The position numbers were made by a program, and so were the translations under genes. From Catajapyx aquilonaris (taxonomy: Eukaryota), in assembly GCA_000934665.2 (NCBI GenBank), contig JYFJ02003257.1:1-44389 (forward strand): a stretch of 44,389 nucleotides of DNA. The letters run 5' to 3'. Under the pieces are notes generated by a model. The model did no database searches and was not told the DNA's origin. It worked only from the letters and a program-made list of their open reading frames with translations. This document shows, piece after piece, positions 11,031 to 22,348 of this stretch; within the stretch, counting starts at the first letter, position 1, and each line of letters starts with the position of its first letter.

Positions 11031-14000
11031 ATGGGCACACGCGATTGGCGCCCATTTATCTATGGAGGATTGGCGTCTTGCACGGCGGAGTTTGGTATGC
11101 AATGATGCAATTAGGCGATTTTCAATGATGATGTCAAATTTCATGCCAGTTCTTGTGTGTGCGTTTTTTAGGAACTTTTCCTATAGACACGACTAAAACA
11201 CGGCTTCAGATCCAGGGTCAGACGTTTGGAAGCCGGCATGAAGAAGTGAGGTACCGGGGCATGCTACATGCCTTGCTCAGAATCTCAAAGGAAGAGGGAA
11301 TACAGGCTTTGTACTCAGGGTATGTGTGGGGATATTTTTCATCTTCCATGTAATAATGATGATAACATGTTAAAACAATTTCATGTTATAAAATTATGTT
11401 CTGGTAACGGTAGCATAAATTTCCTAAGCACTAAAAAAAAATTTGATGCACCATAGCCTTACTAAGCCATAGCCTTCTTTGCAGGATATCTCCTGCTGTT
11501 CTCCGCCAGGCAACATACGGAACTATAAAATTTGGTGTGTACTACTCCTTGAAAAAGGTGCTTGTGAACAATCCTGAGGATGAAGACCTCATGGTCAATG
11601 TGTGCTGTGGAGTGCTGGCTGGCATGTTCTCCTCTGCAATTGCTAACCCGACTGATGTGCTTAAGGTGCGCATGCAAGCTGGGAAGTACCTGTCTGCTGG
11701 CCCTCAGGCCACCATGGTTGTTGAGGAGAGAAAGGGGCTGTACGAGAACTTCATGGAGATCTACAGACAAGAGGGTGTTCGAGGACTCTGGAGGGTACGT
11801 CCATGCATGTTCATTTGTAACTCCTTATTTTGAGAGCCGGGTTTGACCTGGTTAATCACAAGCAGGGAACATGTGCAGAGAAGTTTCAGAGTGTAACTTG
11901 TAGACTGAAGTGCTGTGTAATTTTCAGGGAGTGGGACCTACTTCACAAAGGGCAGCAGTCATTGCAGGAGTTGAACTTCCGGTGTATGATGCAACCAAGA
12001 GGTATTTCATCAACCTGGGAGTATTTGGAGATACCGTTCCCAACCACCTGGTGTAAGTATCCCTATTGGAATGTTGATGATAAGTGTTTGGGTTTGTGTT
12101 GTTTTGGGGAGGGAATTGGTACTCACAAAAGGAAACTTGTGTTTTGAATACACTGGTGTTTCACTGGTCTTGTTTACATGTGATAAGGAGTTAATCACAA
12201 GTGGTTATCAGGCATAACAGCTGTAAGGATAACATTAATTAGAAGGGAATTTACTTGTATTCCCCAATTGACATTAAAGTGATAAATGAAATTGCATTTA
12301 ATTATGAACATGCTGATGGTTATTAAATTTTTTAAACATTCTGGGACTACTGCCATGTAGGCTCACCATAGTATATACAATGATCTGATACATGGGCTTT
12401 CCATTTCTGTGCCAATGTTGTGTTTTGAATTTGCAGTTCTTGTTACAGGTTGACGCTTGACTATTAGTTTGCCCAGGCTTTTTAAATGCTGATTGAGAGT
12501 TCTTTGAACTGCATCTTCAAAATAAGGATTGGGTTTTCTGAGGGAAATAATGTCACTGCATGTTCTATAATTTGCTACCATTCCCATATTCTGTTTTGCA
12601 TTGTTGTGTGCCTTAGATGTGTACATGTTGCACAAGTGTAGTGTACGTACAGTGTTAACATTTCAGACTGTTTAAAGTGTACAAGTGTCAAGAGTGTGTG
12701 CATGAACAGTATTCCAGTTGATGACCTCTCCTCTATTATTAATAACCCATCCTTCATCCTCCATATTCACTTCAAAAAGAAGAAAAAAGAAAATTCAATC
12801 ATTAGTTAAGAAATCCCAATAATTAGCCCAATTGGAGTGCTGTTAGGGCTGTGTCCTGCTTCTGCTCTCACTCCGTATCTGTTACAGATTGCGTCTCCTC
12901 GGCGGTTAGCAGGGGAGCGCACGCCGAATCCCCAAACTTGAACTCGTGAAGGTATAGATTGGTACCATCACAGAACAGATACGTTTATTACGTGTAACAT
13001 CAATTTTTTTTAGCAATATGTATAAAGTACCATTATTTGTAAGAAGAGGTGAAGTGTACCTCTGATACATGGTACCAGAACGTGTTGAGGCCATGGGAAA
13101 AAGTATGGATGGGAGATGGGTTGGGGTCTGCTCTGCATGGGACAGTTGGGGAAGCAAGTGTTTTGGCTAGATACACATTCACACTAGTAATGCCGCCGGT
13201 TCCAAGTTTAGTGCATTTCTGAAGTTTTGCGAATATGACAGTATCCAGACACACATTTCTAGAAATTCAGGGCTTTTTAAGTGCAGGAAGTTGCCATGGT
13301 ATATGACAATCTGCCACAACTTTGCTTGTAAATGTGCGTGACTGTTTGAAAAACGTGAAGCGTGGCTAAGGCAGACATTACTCTTGCTTTCGACTCCTGA
13401 TGGTGCATGGAAGCAGCAGCCTCATCGCCAGCCTCAGACGGAGGGACACTTGATGGATGCCCACTGGACGCTGTCGTCACATGTTGGAAGTGGGAAATGT
13501 CTCTTGGCCATGCTACTTAGTAGTTACAATTCAATAAGAAATGCAGGCCAAAATGCTTGCTCTTTGGTTGATGGCAGGCTGTCATCAGGCAACTTTGAAG
13601 CAGGTCAGTGTAAGGGATAACATGTAAGGGATGATGAGGATCCGAAGTGTAGGAGACAGCCGCAGGCAGACCCCAAAATATTTCTTAGGCTGCTTGTCAG
13701 ACTTGGATGTAACTAACTTGTCCTCTTTTTCTTTCCCCCCCTTCCTCCTCTTTTCACAGCTCGAGCATGGTTGCCAGTCTGGCCGGAGCAGTGGCATCCA
13801 CCCCCATAGACGTCATCAGAGTGAGTTATACTCTACATTTAATTAATGTGCAAGTCACCTGATAAATATTAATGAAGTGAATATTTAAAATGAAAAATGT
13901 GATACTTTCAAACTTTCTCAAACTGCAAACATGAATGGATGGTGGGGAGAAAATGGGCAGGCAGGGGTGGGAGTCCGCTTCTATCTCCTGGTAGTTCAGA

Positions 14001-14329
14001 TGTAACTTTTGCAACTTTCTTGTGCTTGTATAAAAGCAGGTATTATTTCCACCTGCACATAAACAGATTCCAAGTGCTCTGCTCTACGTGGTTACTTTGA
14101 ATTTTAGACTCGACTGATGAACCAACGCAAGCTGAAGACTGCATCTTTGGCCACCACCAACCCTACAGCAGCTACAGTGTACAGTGGCAGTATGGACTGC
14201 CTGATGCAGACGGTTCGGAATGAAGGAATGAGGGCGCTATACAAGGGTTTTGTGCCTACATGGGTGAGGATGGGACCCTGGAATGTTATCTTCTTTGTCA
14301 CCTATGAACAGCTCAAGCAGCTTCATTAA
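11031..14329 (+). CDS. Bmcp: Mitochondrial uncoupling protein Bmcp / UCP5-KMCP1 (SLC25A14/SLC25A30-like), 309 aa, 6 coding exons
   Basis: Exons 11031-11094, 11172-11319, 11485-11794, 11928-12052, 13760-13820 and 14108-14329; all GT-AG with consistent phases (930 nt). Starts [38 protein letters not shown]. Three carrier signatures: [24 protein letters not shown]. Ends [28 protein letters not shown]. Confidence 0.95.
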
Positions 14330-14643
14330 AAAAGACAGTTTACCTGGAACCTTGAGTATGCACATGTACTTAAATGTTTTAATCCAGGAAGAACAGTATT
14401 ACTTTCTTTTTTTGTTGTTTTCCTTATGGTGTGAGGAGGTAGGCCTTGCTCCGAGATGTTGGATGTTATTTTATTCAGTCAAGGAAAATGTAACTGAAAC
14501 CTTAGAATGGCGTACATTTTCTCGCGTTCTGTTCGAGCATCAGTATTAAAAACTAATACATAGTCCTACCTGCTCTAAGAGAGAAATTTTTGTACTTAAG
14601 AAAGCGTGTATAAAGTGTGATAACTTATTGTCAATAAGTGACA

Positions 14644-14649
14644 AATAAA
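14644..14649 (+). terminator. Polyadenylation signal of Bmcp
   Basis: AATAAA 315 nt after the stop codon. Confidence 0.55.
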
Positions 14650-14686
14650 TAATGCACAGATACAGAAGGAGAAAGTTACTTGTACT

Positions 14687-14692
14687 TTTATT
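14687..14692 (-). terminator. Polyadenylation signal of EMC5
   Basis: TTTATT on + (AATAAA on -) about 160 nt past the EMC5 stop; a second copy lies near 14723. Confidence 0.5.
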
Positions 14693-14852
14693 GCAACTGT
14701 AATTATTTACATCTCCAGCTCTTTTATTATTATTTACAAATCATGTGCAAAGTGCTTTGGTTTGTGAAAACAAAACTTAATAATGACAATACACATAGAC
14801 ATACCTTCCCCCTCCTCCTGCCTTCCCAAAACAAATGTCAGAATAAATGATC

Positions 14853-16157
14853 TTATTCATCCAGCAGACTTTTTCCTGAAGGTGGCATGTAATTAGGTGA
14901 GAGCGCCTTCCCTCTATGGTTGAACACGTAGAATGATGGGCAGTTTTGCAAGGTTTCCCAAGTCCTAGAAGAAGAAACGATTAATGTGAAATTCAGCTGA
15001 TCTTCAGTTGCATTACAACAGTGGGTCCAATCTAGGCTGCTTTAACTTGTTCTCCCAAAATTGCATGTGCCAATTTTTTAAAAACGATAGCCTCACATTA
15101 GCAATGAACTCAGGTGTTAGCTTTATAGCTTCGAGCTAGGGTGCCAATGTAGAAAATGTACCATGATCTTCAGCCTGATCCATGAATGCGTAATTTTAGA
15201 TGCTTTTTAGGATTTGCTAGTGTATGGGAATCAAACCAAGAAAGGAATTACGGAAGAAGATACTCTTCTGAAATTGGAAGATATTAATTTTTCCCCTATG
15301 TAAAACGTAATGCAGGTCTAGCATGCTGAGGGGTAAACGAAAAAGAACTGAAGCGGAATAGTCTTGAAATTTGGACTGATAGAGAGCTGAAATTACAGGG
15401 ATGATAGCTAGTGATATCCAGGACATGGGCGGATATGTAGTGGCACCTCGCTTGTAAGGTTGCCATTTGGCATGGACTTATTAGGATTGTGCACTTGCAG
15501 AACTTGCCTCTTTTCTAATTCCACATTGGCTCTGATTTCCTTGAAGTCACCTGCGATGCACACTACACCATACATGGTTACAAACAAACTCAGAAGACCT
15601 TGCACGAAAATCTGCAAATAAAATAAAGGCAATTTTTCAACATTATGTAAAGAATGGAATTGTAGATACAGCAGTGTCTAAAAATATCATAGAATAAAGA
15701 ACCGATGCACTGGTGTCAGAAAATATTCGCTGGATTAAAATTTTAGAGTGACAGTGTGATGCCATCAACCATTATGGGAATCGAACTGGCTACCATGATG
15801 GTGGGTGGGCATGTCACTCCTGTTTTTGAGGAGCACGTCTCCACTCAAGAAGAGCAGTGCAGTGTATAGTGTGAGAGTACTCTGTCTTTTCTATCTGCAG
15901 TACACAAATATAATCTACTCTATGGGGGTGTGACCTGTACCTGTGTAATAAATAACCAACCCATCTGCTAGCCAGTCCAGAGCAAAGTTCTGCGTGATCA
16001 GACAAAAAGCAGTAACGCCAAGTGTCTCTTCTCCAACTCAATCAGACAATTTCAACCAGCTGCGGAATTCTAAGGCAGAAGGCAAGAAAATCTAGGCCTT
16101 CCTGCATTGACATGTACAACTTCTTTTTTCCTGATCACAGCAGAGTTGGTCTTTTAC

Positions 16158-16232
<75 letters not shown>

Positions 16233-19200
16233 TTCTGTGCCCAAGTTCTGATTCCATTTCTAGTATCATTAGTTCATTACGGTGGAATGCATATGCATCA
16301 TTGGGGCCGTCCAGACGGGCCAACCTTAGCCGCGGCTGGCCACGGCCCTGGCGTCGGCCCCGGCTTGCGGAGCCACGGCTGGCCACGGTACCCGTTCAGA
16401 CGGGCACATATTTTAATAACAGCCACCCGCATTTGTAATAGTGGCCGGTAGTCATGGCAGCGACGAAAAACAAGTGACGCGCAGTATCCGTCGCCGAGGC
16501 CAAGCCGTGGCCAAGCAGCGAGCCAACTTCCAGGAAGTCGGCCAACTTGGCCAACTTCTGAGCCGTGCCCTGGCCGTGGCCGTTGCCGTGTGAACCGTCG
16601 CGGCCTCGACCAGCCGCGGCTGGCCGCGGCTAAGGTTGGCCCGTCTGGACGGCCCCATTATTCATGAAACTGGCATAATAGCTGACCAATTTGCAATTCA
16701 GCATAAAAGTTGTTGAAGACTTAGCAACAGAGATATGATGTGAAATAACTCACATCTAGAGGGAGCGACGTGAACTCCTGCTCAGTGATGCGCAGGTATG
16801 AGCGATCTGGAATAAAGCAGTAATTGTTAAAAAATTGCTCCATCAAGTGCACTGCTAACAAAAAAAAATGAAAAGTCACAGTAAACCAACATGCACTGCT
16901 ATAAAGTGCATAGCAACAGAAAAGCAGTGTGGCAGCAAAACAAGCATCAAACTACAAATAGGACTGTCTACATTACCTGCCAAGCAATGCATGTTGGTAG
17001 GCTGGATTTTTTTTTCTTTTTGCTGTTTTCAGGTTGACAGGTGAAGGGGGAAGTCAGGTTAATTTGGATGATTTGTACTGAATGGACGGATGGATTCAGG
17101 ACATGGTGTTGCCATGGCTTCCCCAGGCCACTTTGGACTCTTGCAGCCATTGCCTAAGGTCACTGGTCTTTTCCAGGAGTGTTGGTTGTACCGAAACGCC
17201 AGGAGTCAGGCCATGGGAAACCCACTCACTCCATGACGGTGAGCGAAATGGACGGAGTAAAAACGGTGGAACTTGCAATGCAGCACCAGGCATAGGAGGA
17301 ATTCCTGCCGGTGGCATTGTTGGTGCTGAGTACAAGGTTGACCATGAGCTGGACAACGGCCTTGAATGGTGTAGGTGTGGTCTAGCATTGGAAGCAGGTG
17401 GTGCTGAAAATGGTGGCATGTTGGCACGGATATCCTGCATTTGGTGACTGAGGCGACGGAGGGATGATATTATCTCTTGGGATTTTATTTTCTTACGGCT
17501 TCCACGATTACGTCTGAAGTGATATCGTACACCATGACTCACCCCAGAGCTGGGTGAATCTGATTCAGTACCTACTGTTTCTATCTCATCTTCAACATCA
17601 CCTTCACTGTCAGATGTAGTAGATGGTATATCGGTTTGGGTAACTTTGGTTGCAACAGATGCAACTGGACGTGATTTGCTATTTCGAATATATTCTTTGG
17701 CATCTTGAACGGCTTCTTTAGGAGGCGGAACCTTGGATCTGGCACCCTTCTCCACCACTCCCTCACTAGCAGATCCATTTCCCATCAGGTCATGCTCCTT
17801 TCGTTCCAACTTAGCCTGTTCTCGTTCCAGCCTCTCTCTTTTCTTCTCAACCTCATCTAGCAACTCCCTCAACCGCCCACCAGATTCAAGCAGGTATGTT
17901 TTAGCTAGTCGGTTAAGTGCTTTCCCTCCATGAGCAGCAACCTCCTCCTCCATGTGAGCCAGTTCCTCCTTCTGGCGCTGCCTCACTTCCTCCACCTTCT
18001 CATGGTTCTCTTTCGCTGCAGCAGCAGCCTCATCTTTCCACCGCTGGCCAATTTCTTCCTTCTCTCTGTCCCACCTACAAGCCATTGCAATCTTCTCCTC
18101 TTCCCATGCATGTTCCATTATGGCTCGCTCTTCCTCCCACTTCTGCCTAATCTTGGCCTTTTCAGCGTCCCAATCATGCTTCAGGCTCTCCATCTCCAAC
18201 TCCCATTTCTTTCGCTCTTCTTGGACACACTGCTCTCTCTTTTCATGTTCCTTCCTAATGGCTTCTTCTGTTTCTTTGGTAACTTTTGCCCTCTCATGTT
18301 CAAGACGTTTAATTTCCTTATCCCGAAGCTGGTCAACTTCAGCACGAATTTTGCCTAAGGACTCACGCAGAACAGATCGCAGCTCTTCTTCCTCCTTAAC
18401 TAACTCTTGATGCAACTCCTTCTCAAGGGCTTTGCGTTTTGATGAAACTTCTTCCCGAATCTGCTTCTCAGCTTCCTCTAACTGTCTTTTAACCCTTTCC
18501 TCAGAATCTTCATTATCAACTGGCTTTCTAACTGGTGGGGATGACACAGGGGCCAGTTTTGAGAGTGATGGGGGTGACACATTAGCCACCTCTGAGGATG
18601 ATGGTGGTGATGTTGCAGTAGTATTCTTCACAATTGAACTTGCCATGCTGTCAGCTTTTGATGCCCCTGCTACCACTACACTCCTGGGTTTTGGAACTGC
18701 TGCCACTCGGATGGCTGGTTTTGATGGTGAAGATGGGGTGATGGAGCTTACAACTGATGTCACAATTGGTGCCTTAGGTGCTACTGCTGATAACGGCCGT
18801 AAAACTGCAGAGGGCTTCTTCCAAGGATCATGGACCCCTGAGATTGGAGGTGATAAGTCTGCAGCATCCTTTAGTAGCTCCAGTCCACCCTCTTTTTCCA
18901 CCTCCTCATCTGTTGTGTCTTCGTCAGATTCTTCCTCCTCTTCACTGGCATCAAACTTAATCTCATCTACATTCAAATTGAACTTTATGCTCTTCCTTTC
19001 AGCTTCCATCTCTTGCGCCTTCCATTCCCGACGCTCAGCTGGGGTCAGGTCACGTGGGTCCATGTCCCATAATCGTCGCTGCTGGGTTGACTCACCTCGA
19101 AGTATACCACGTGGTGCTGGATCTGCTTTAGATGAGACCACATCAATGTGACGGGCAGCTTCCTCTGCTTCATGGCTTGATATCCCCTTATCCAAGTTGG

Positions 19201-21050
19201 TCTGTGACCTCAAGAATGAGGCCCCTGCTCCGCCTAGAGTCAGTCCGCGTGGCTTAGAAAGTGGGTCAAGGCGCAAACCACTTGGGGGCCGCCCCACAGG
19301 TGGACGAAGTGGCTCCAGGTGCCTGGGAAGCATATCTGATGATCGTTCACTACAATCAGTTGGATCAAGGTCCTCCAAACTTCCCAGCAAGTCCTCTTTG
19401 AGAGAAGTAGCAGAATCGTCACAGTTCCGAGTACGACGCACAGCCTCACGATACACCTCATCCAGTGGATGATCCCACCTGACAGGAGGAGGCAACAAGA
19501 AGTTAAAGTGAGACTATCCAACCTCTCATACATCAAACACCAGTCACACCACATGAAACTCTACAGTAGAGCCAACATGTGACTGTGTTCTCCAAAAATT
19601 AAAACTTTTTTTGCATACAAAGGGTAACATCAAACAAAAATATGCATCCTACAAGTTTATTGGCTGTGGTACTACTTTTCCTTCTATTTTTAATCAGCTT
19701 GATAAAAACCATAGGAAACGTCTCGAGAGTACTTCTCTTGAAAATGCTGGAAAATACTGCAACATCAGGACAAACCTGACACTTTTATACTCTCTTTGGC
19801 ACTGAGAGCAAATGCTATGCTCGCAATACTATCTGTTCCATTCCTATTTTAACATCCCAAGAGATGTAACCTAAGAAAATATTTTACCAAGTCACATTCT
19901 GACATGTTGAAGAGTAACTGAATAGCATTTTTTCTTGAGGCCTACAGCTTGAGAAGTTTCAGTGGTGTGAACCTCAGTATCAAAATGAAAATTATAGGAA
20001 ATAACCTGCTCTCTCCAGTGTCAGAGTTAAAGTAGTAGTAGTGCCCTAGCGACTTCTCAAAAATGGGGCTCCAACCATTGGGCAACTTCTGGGTCAGGCC
20101 TCGCTGAGCCAGAGACAGGAGATGGGGCTCTCTCTCAGGGTCAATCCCAATGCGGACAGCATACTCCAAAACCTCCTCATGACTGGGAGGTTTCACTCCC
20201 TCAAACACCTCCTTACAAAGGACACTGCTGGTTTCACTGCTGTGGTTGTGAGTGTATTCTTGGTCCTCAATAGTAGCTTGCTTCCTTTTGGCAATGTCGG
20301 CCTCAGCGAGGACCATGGCAGGGGGCTAGTGGGATAGGGAGAAGGGAGAGGGTGGGATATGAGGATGGAAACACAGGCCTTCCTCTGGGCAGCATTTTCT
20401 GAGCGCCTCAGACACACACAACCTCCTAGCTCAACAGCATGCAAGTCTGATTTAAGTCTTTTGTTATATGTTAGTACATGTATCTGAAAAACAGAATGTC
20501 CTATTAATTTAGTTCATTTGCTGTATATTAGGCACCTATGATGTTACAAGTATGGATCATACAGGCATTGTTCTTGTACACTAAAATTTCCAAGTAGTAA
20601 CTAGTTAGTCACTGTCAACACCCATCGAAATCATTACAAAATTTAAATGGTGTTACCAATGATGACATGCACTGTCTTTGTAAAATGGAACATTGTGAGT
20701 TGTGCGAGACACTGCGTCTACATCCTGGGTGTGTGCAACGTGCCCTTTTCCCCAGTTCCAAGCCACGCCGTCCACCTAGCATGCATGCAATCAGGCAAGG
20801 ATCGATTGGCCTCTCCCGCGCTCCCTCCCTACGTTCCAATCGCATGCAGGCACCATCCATGCGCCACAAACCGAAGCCTCCCCACACCCCATTCGAACCC
20901 GCCCGGCACCCCCGCCCGTGCAGGTGCATCCCCGGGCCGCCCCTCCCGCCCGTGGGCAGACTACTCACGCTGCGCCGCCGAGTAGGCCGAGTGCAGGAGG
21001 GACACCAGCCCCACGGCGAACACCAGCTTGTACAAAAACGACGCCATCAT
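14853..21050 (-). CDS. EMC5: ER membrane protein complex subunit 5 / membrane magnesium transporter 1, 116 aa, 4 exons
   Basis: Exons 21050-20969, 16806-16754, 15611-15508 (GC donor AG|GCAAGT) and 14964-14853 join to MMASFLYKLVFAVGLVSLLHSAYSAAQHRSYLRITEQEFTSLPLDIFVQGLLSLFVTMYGVVCIAGDFKEIRANVELEKRTWETLQNCPSFYVFNHRGKALSPNYMPPSGKSLLDE*. Hallmark MMGT1 motifs LHSAYSAAQHR, LPLDI and PSFYVFNHRG are present. Confidence 0.95.
16158..16232. repeat. (AAT)25 microsatellite
   Basis: Perfect AAT run in EMC5 intron 2; it explains the poly-N and poly-Y spurious ORFs. Confidence 0.97.
16303..16656. mobile_element. Young GC-rich MITE, PIF/Harbinger-like
   Basis: Perfect 34-bp TIR GGGGCCGTCCAGACGGGCCAACCTTAGCCGCGGC at both ends. 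3-bp target duplication ATT (16300-02, 16657-59). Internal GGCCACGG/GCCGCGGC repeats. 354 bp. Confidence 0.9.
17096..20316 (-). CDS. CEP164: Centrosomal protein CEP164 (WW domain plus coiled coil), about 897 aa, 2 coding exons, nested in EMC5 intron 1 on the same strand
   Basis: Exon 20316-20006 (gccATGG, in-frame TAG just upstream) joins exon 19478-17096 via AG|GTTATT...CTGTCAG|G. The N-terminus PSHEEVLEYAVRIGIDPEREPHLLSLAQRGL..LPNGW..YYYFNSDTGESRWDHPLDEVYR matches the conserved CEP164 N-terminal/WW region. An acidic tract, a Ser/Pro-rich linker and a long EK-rich coiled coil follow. Confidence 0.88.
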
Positions 21051-21523
21051 GGACTACTCACTAAAACCAGGCTGGGAAATAACGCCCAATCGGGGGAGAC
21101 GGCAGCGCTTGGAAGTATCCTGACTGTCTACTCTGCCCTGGGCAACACGCTGGGCTCTCTCTCTCGGCGGGACAGCCTGACACCCAGGATATGACATGCG
21201 TAGCCCATGCCCGCGATTACTACTAATTAATAATTATGACAATCCCACTAGAATAACTACCAGTAAATGAAAAGTTACCTGGCGGTAGATGCCTCCTGGT
21301 TTCCGTCCGTCGCTTCACTGACTTCTGAATTTAGTTGTTTCTGCCTAAATACTGTAAAGTAAGAAGGCTGCCCTGTCCCCCCTTCGAAGCTAGATTACGA
21401 TTGATTATTTGCAGCCAGGTTGCCAGCAGCAACCCAAACAGTTAGATCAAATGTAGGGTCCTTGGCAACCGGCATCAGATATACCACCGGCAACCCCCAT
21501 TTTCTTGGGAGATCCTGCTCAAA
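21051..21523. promoter_or_regulatory. Bidirectional promoter region (EMC5/CEP164 on -, CFAP97D-like on +) with RFX X-box-like motifs
   Basis: 473 bp between divergent ATGs. GTTGCCAGCAGCAAC at 21419-21433 fits the X-box consensus. Further GGCAAC half-sites end at 21146, 21469 and 21494. Confidence 0.6.
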
Positions 21524-22348
21524 ATGATGTCCAGAAGAGAAGACTTGCTGGTTAAACCATGGATCCGGAGACGGTACCAGGATCATCGGAAAAAGGTAAT
21601 GATTACCTCTTTTCTGAAGGACCAAATGGTTGAGTCACGGCCTCATTAAAATGGCCATTAGCATGAATCATATCCGGTACCGGTACGTAACGAGGGTGCT
21701 GAAATCGATACTTTTGGCAGGTGGAAGCGGCCCTGCCTGCGGTGGACGCTGGTCCTCCTGCCTTCCGGCCACATGTCTGTCGGAAAATGAAAAAGCTTCA
21801 AATGGAAGAGGAGCGGCTGGCTCAGATTGCGGAGGACAACCTGAGACTTTTGGAGAGGACTTCCGCGATCATGAAGGCTAAGGGAATGGTCGATCATCAC
21901 CTTGGTCCGGTGCCGAGGTAGCCTACTTGATTTACTGGTGACAGGTGCAAATTATTATTACACTAATTAATGATTTTCTAAAAGCTTTTTGCGGCGTGTG
22001 GGTATCTACCTTCCACGAGAGCCTAGTGCTAAGGATGAACCTTTAAAAACTGCCATACATACGAATGACGAGGAAATACAAAAGATGATTGCTGCGGCCA
22101 CTTCCAGAAAGGGACGGTGCAGTGCTTGTGTTCGGAAGGGGCAAGAAAAGGCAAGACATGTCTCGCATTGTCGCAATAATTGGCAAAATAATACTTATGC
22201 GACTTATTAATTACAGAGCAAAAGCAATACATGTCCACCTACTCCGTTCATGCTGAAGCAACCTCGAAAGAAGGCTCAAGATAAACCCAGCATGAAGAAG
22301 CGACATAAGATCTCTCTTCCTAACATATCGACTAGCCAGAAGCTATAA
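21524..22348 (+). CDS. CFAP97 (KIAA1430)-domain ciliary/flagellar protein, CFAP97D1/D2-like, about 188 aa, 4 exons
   Basis: Exons 21524-21595, 21721-21917, 21985-22150 (GC donor AAG|GCAAGA) and 22217-22348. Sequence W..RRYQDHRKKVEAALPAVDAGPP..PHV..KMKKLQMEEERLAQIAEDNLRLLERTSAIMKAKGMVDH matches the family pattern. The last exon is less certain; the alternative is read-through to the stop at 22210. Confidence 0.8.

Noticed and set aside
16107..16451. Poly-Asn and poly-Tyr ORFs
   Set aside because: Artefacts of the (AAT)n microsatellite plus the adjacent MITE.
18432..19151. 239-aa plus-strand ORF and other ORFs overlapping 17082-19472
   Set aside because: Antisense shadows of the low-complexity CEP164 coding exon; no independent protein features.
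20615..21194. Pro/Arg-rich ORFs on both strands
   Set aside because: GC-rich start of EMC5 intron 1 and antisense to EMC5 exon 1.
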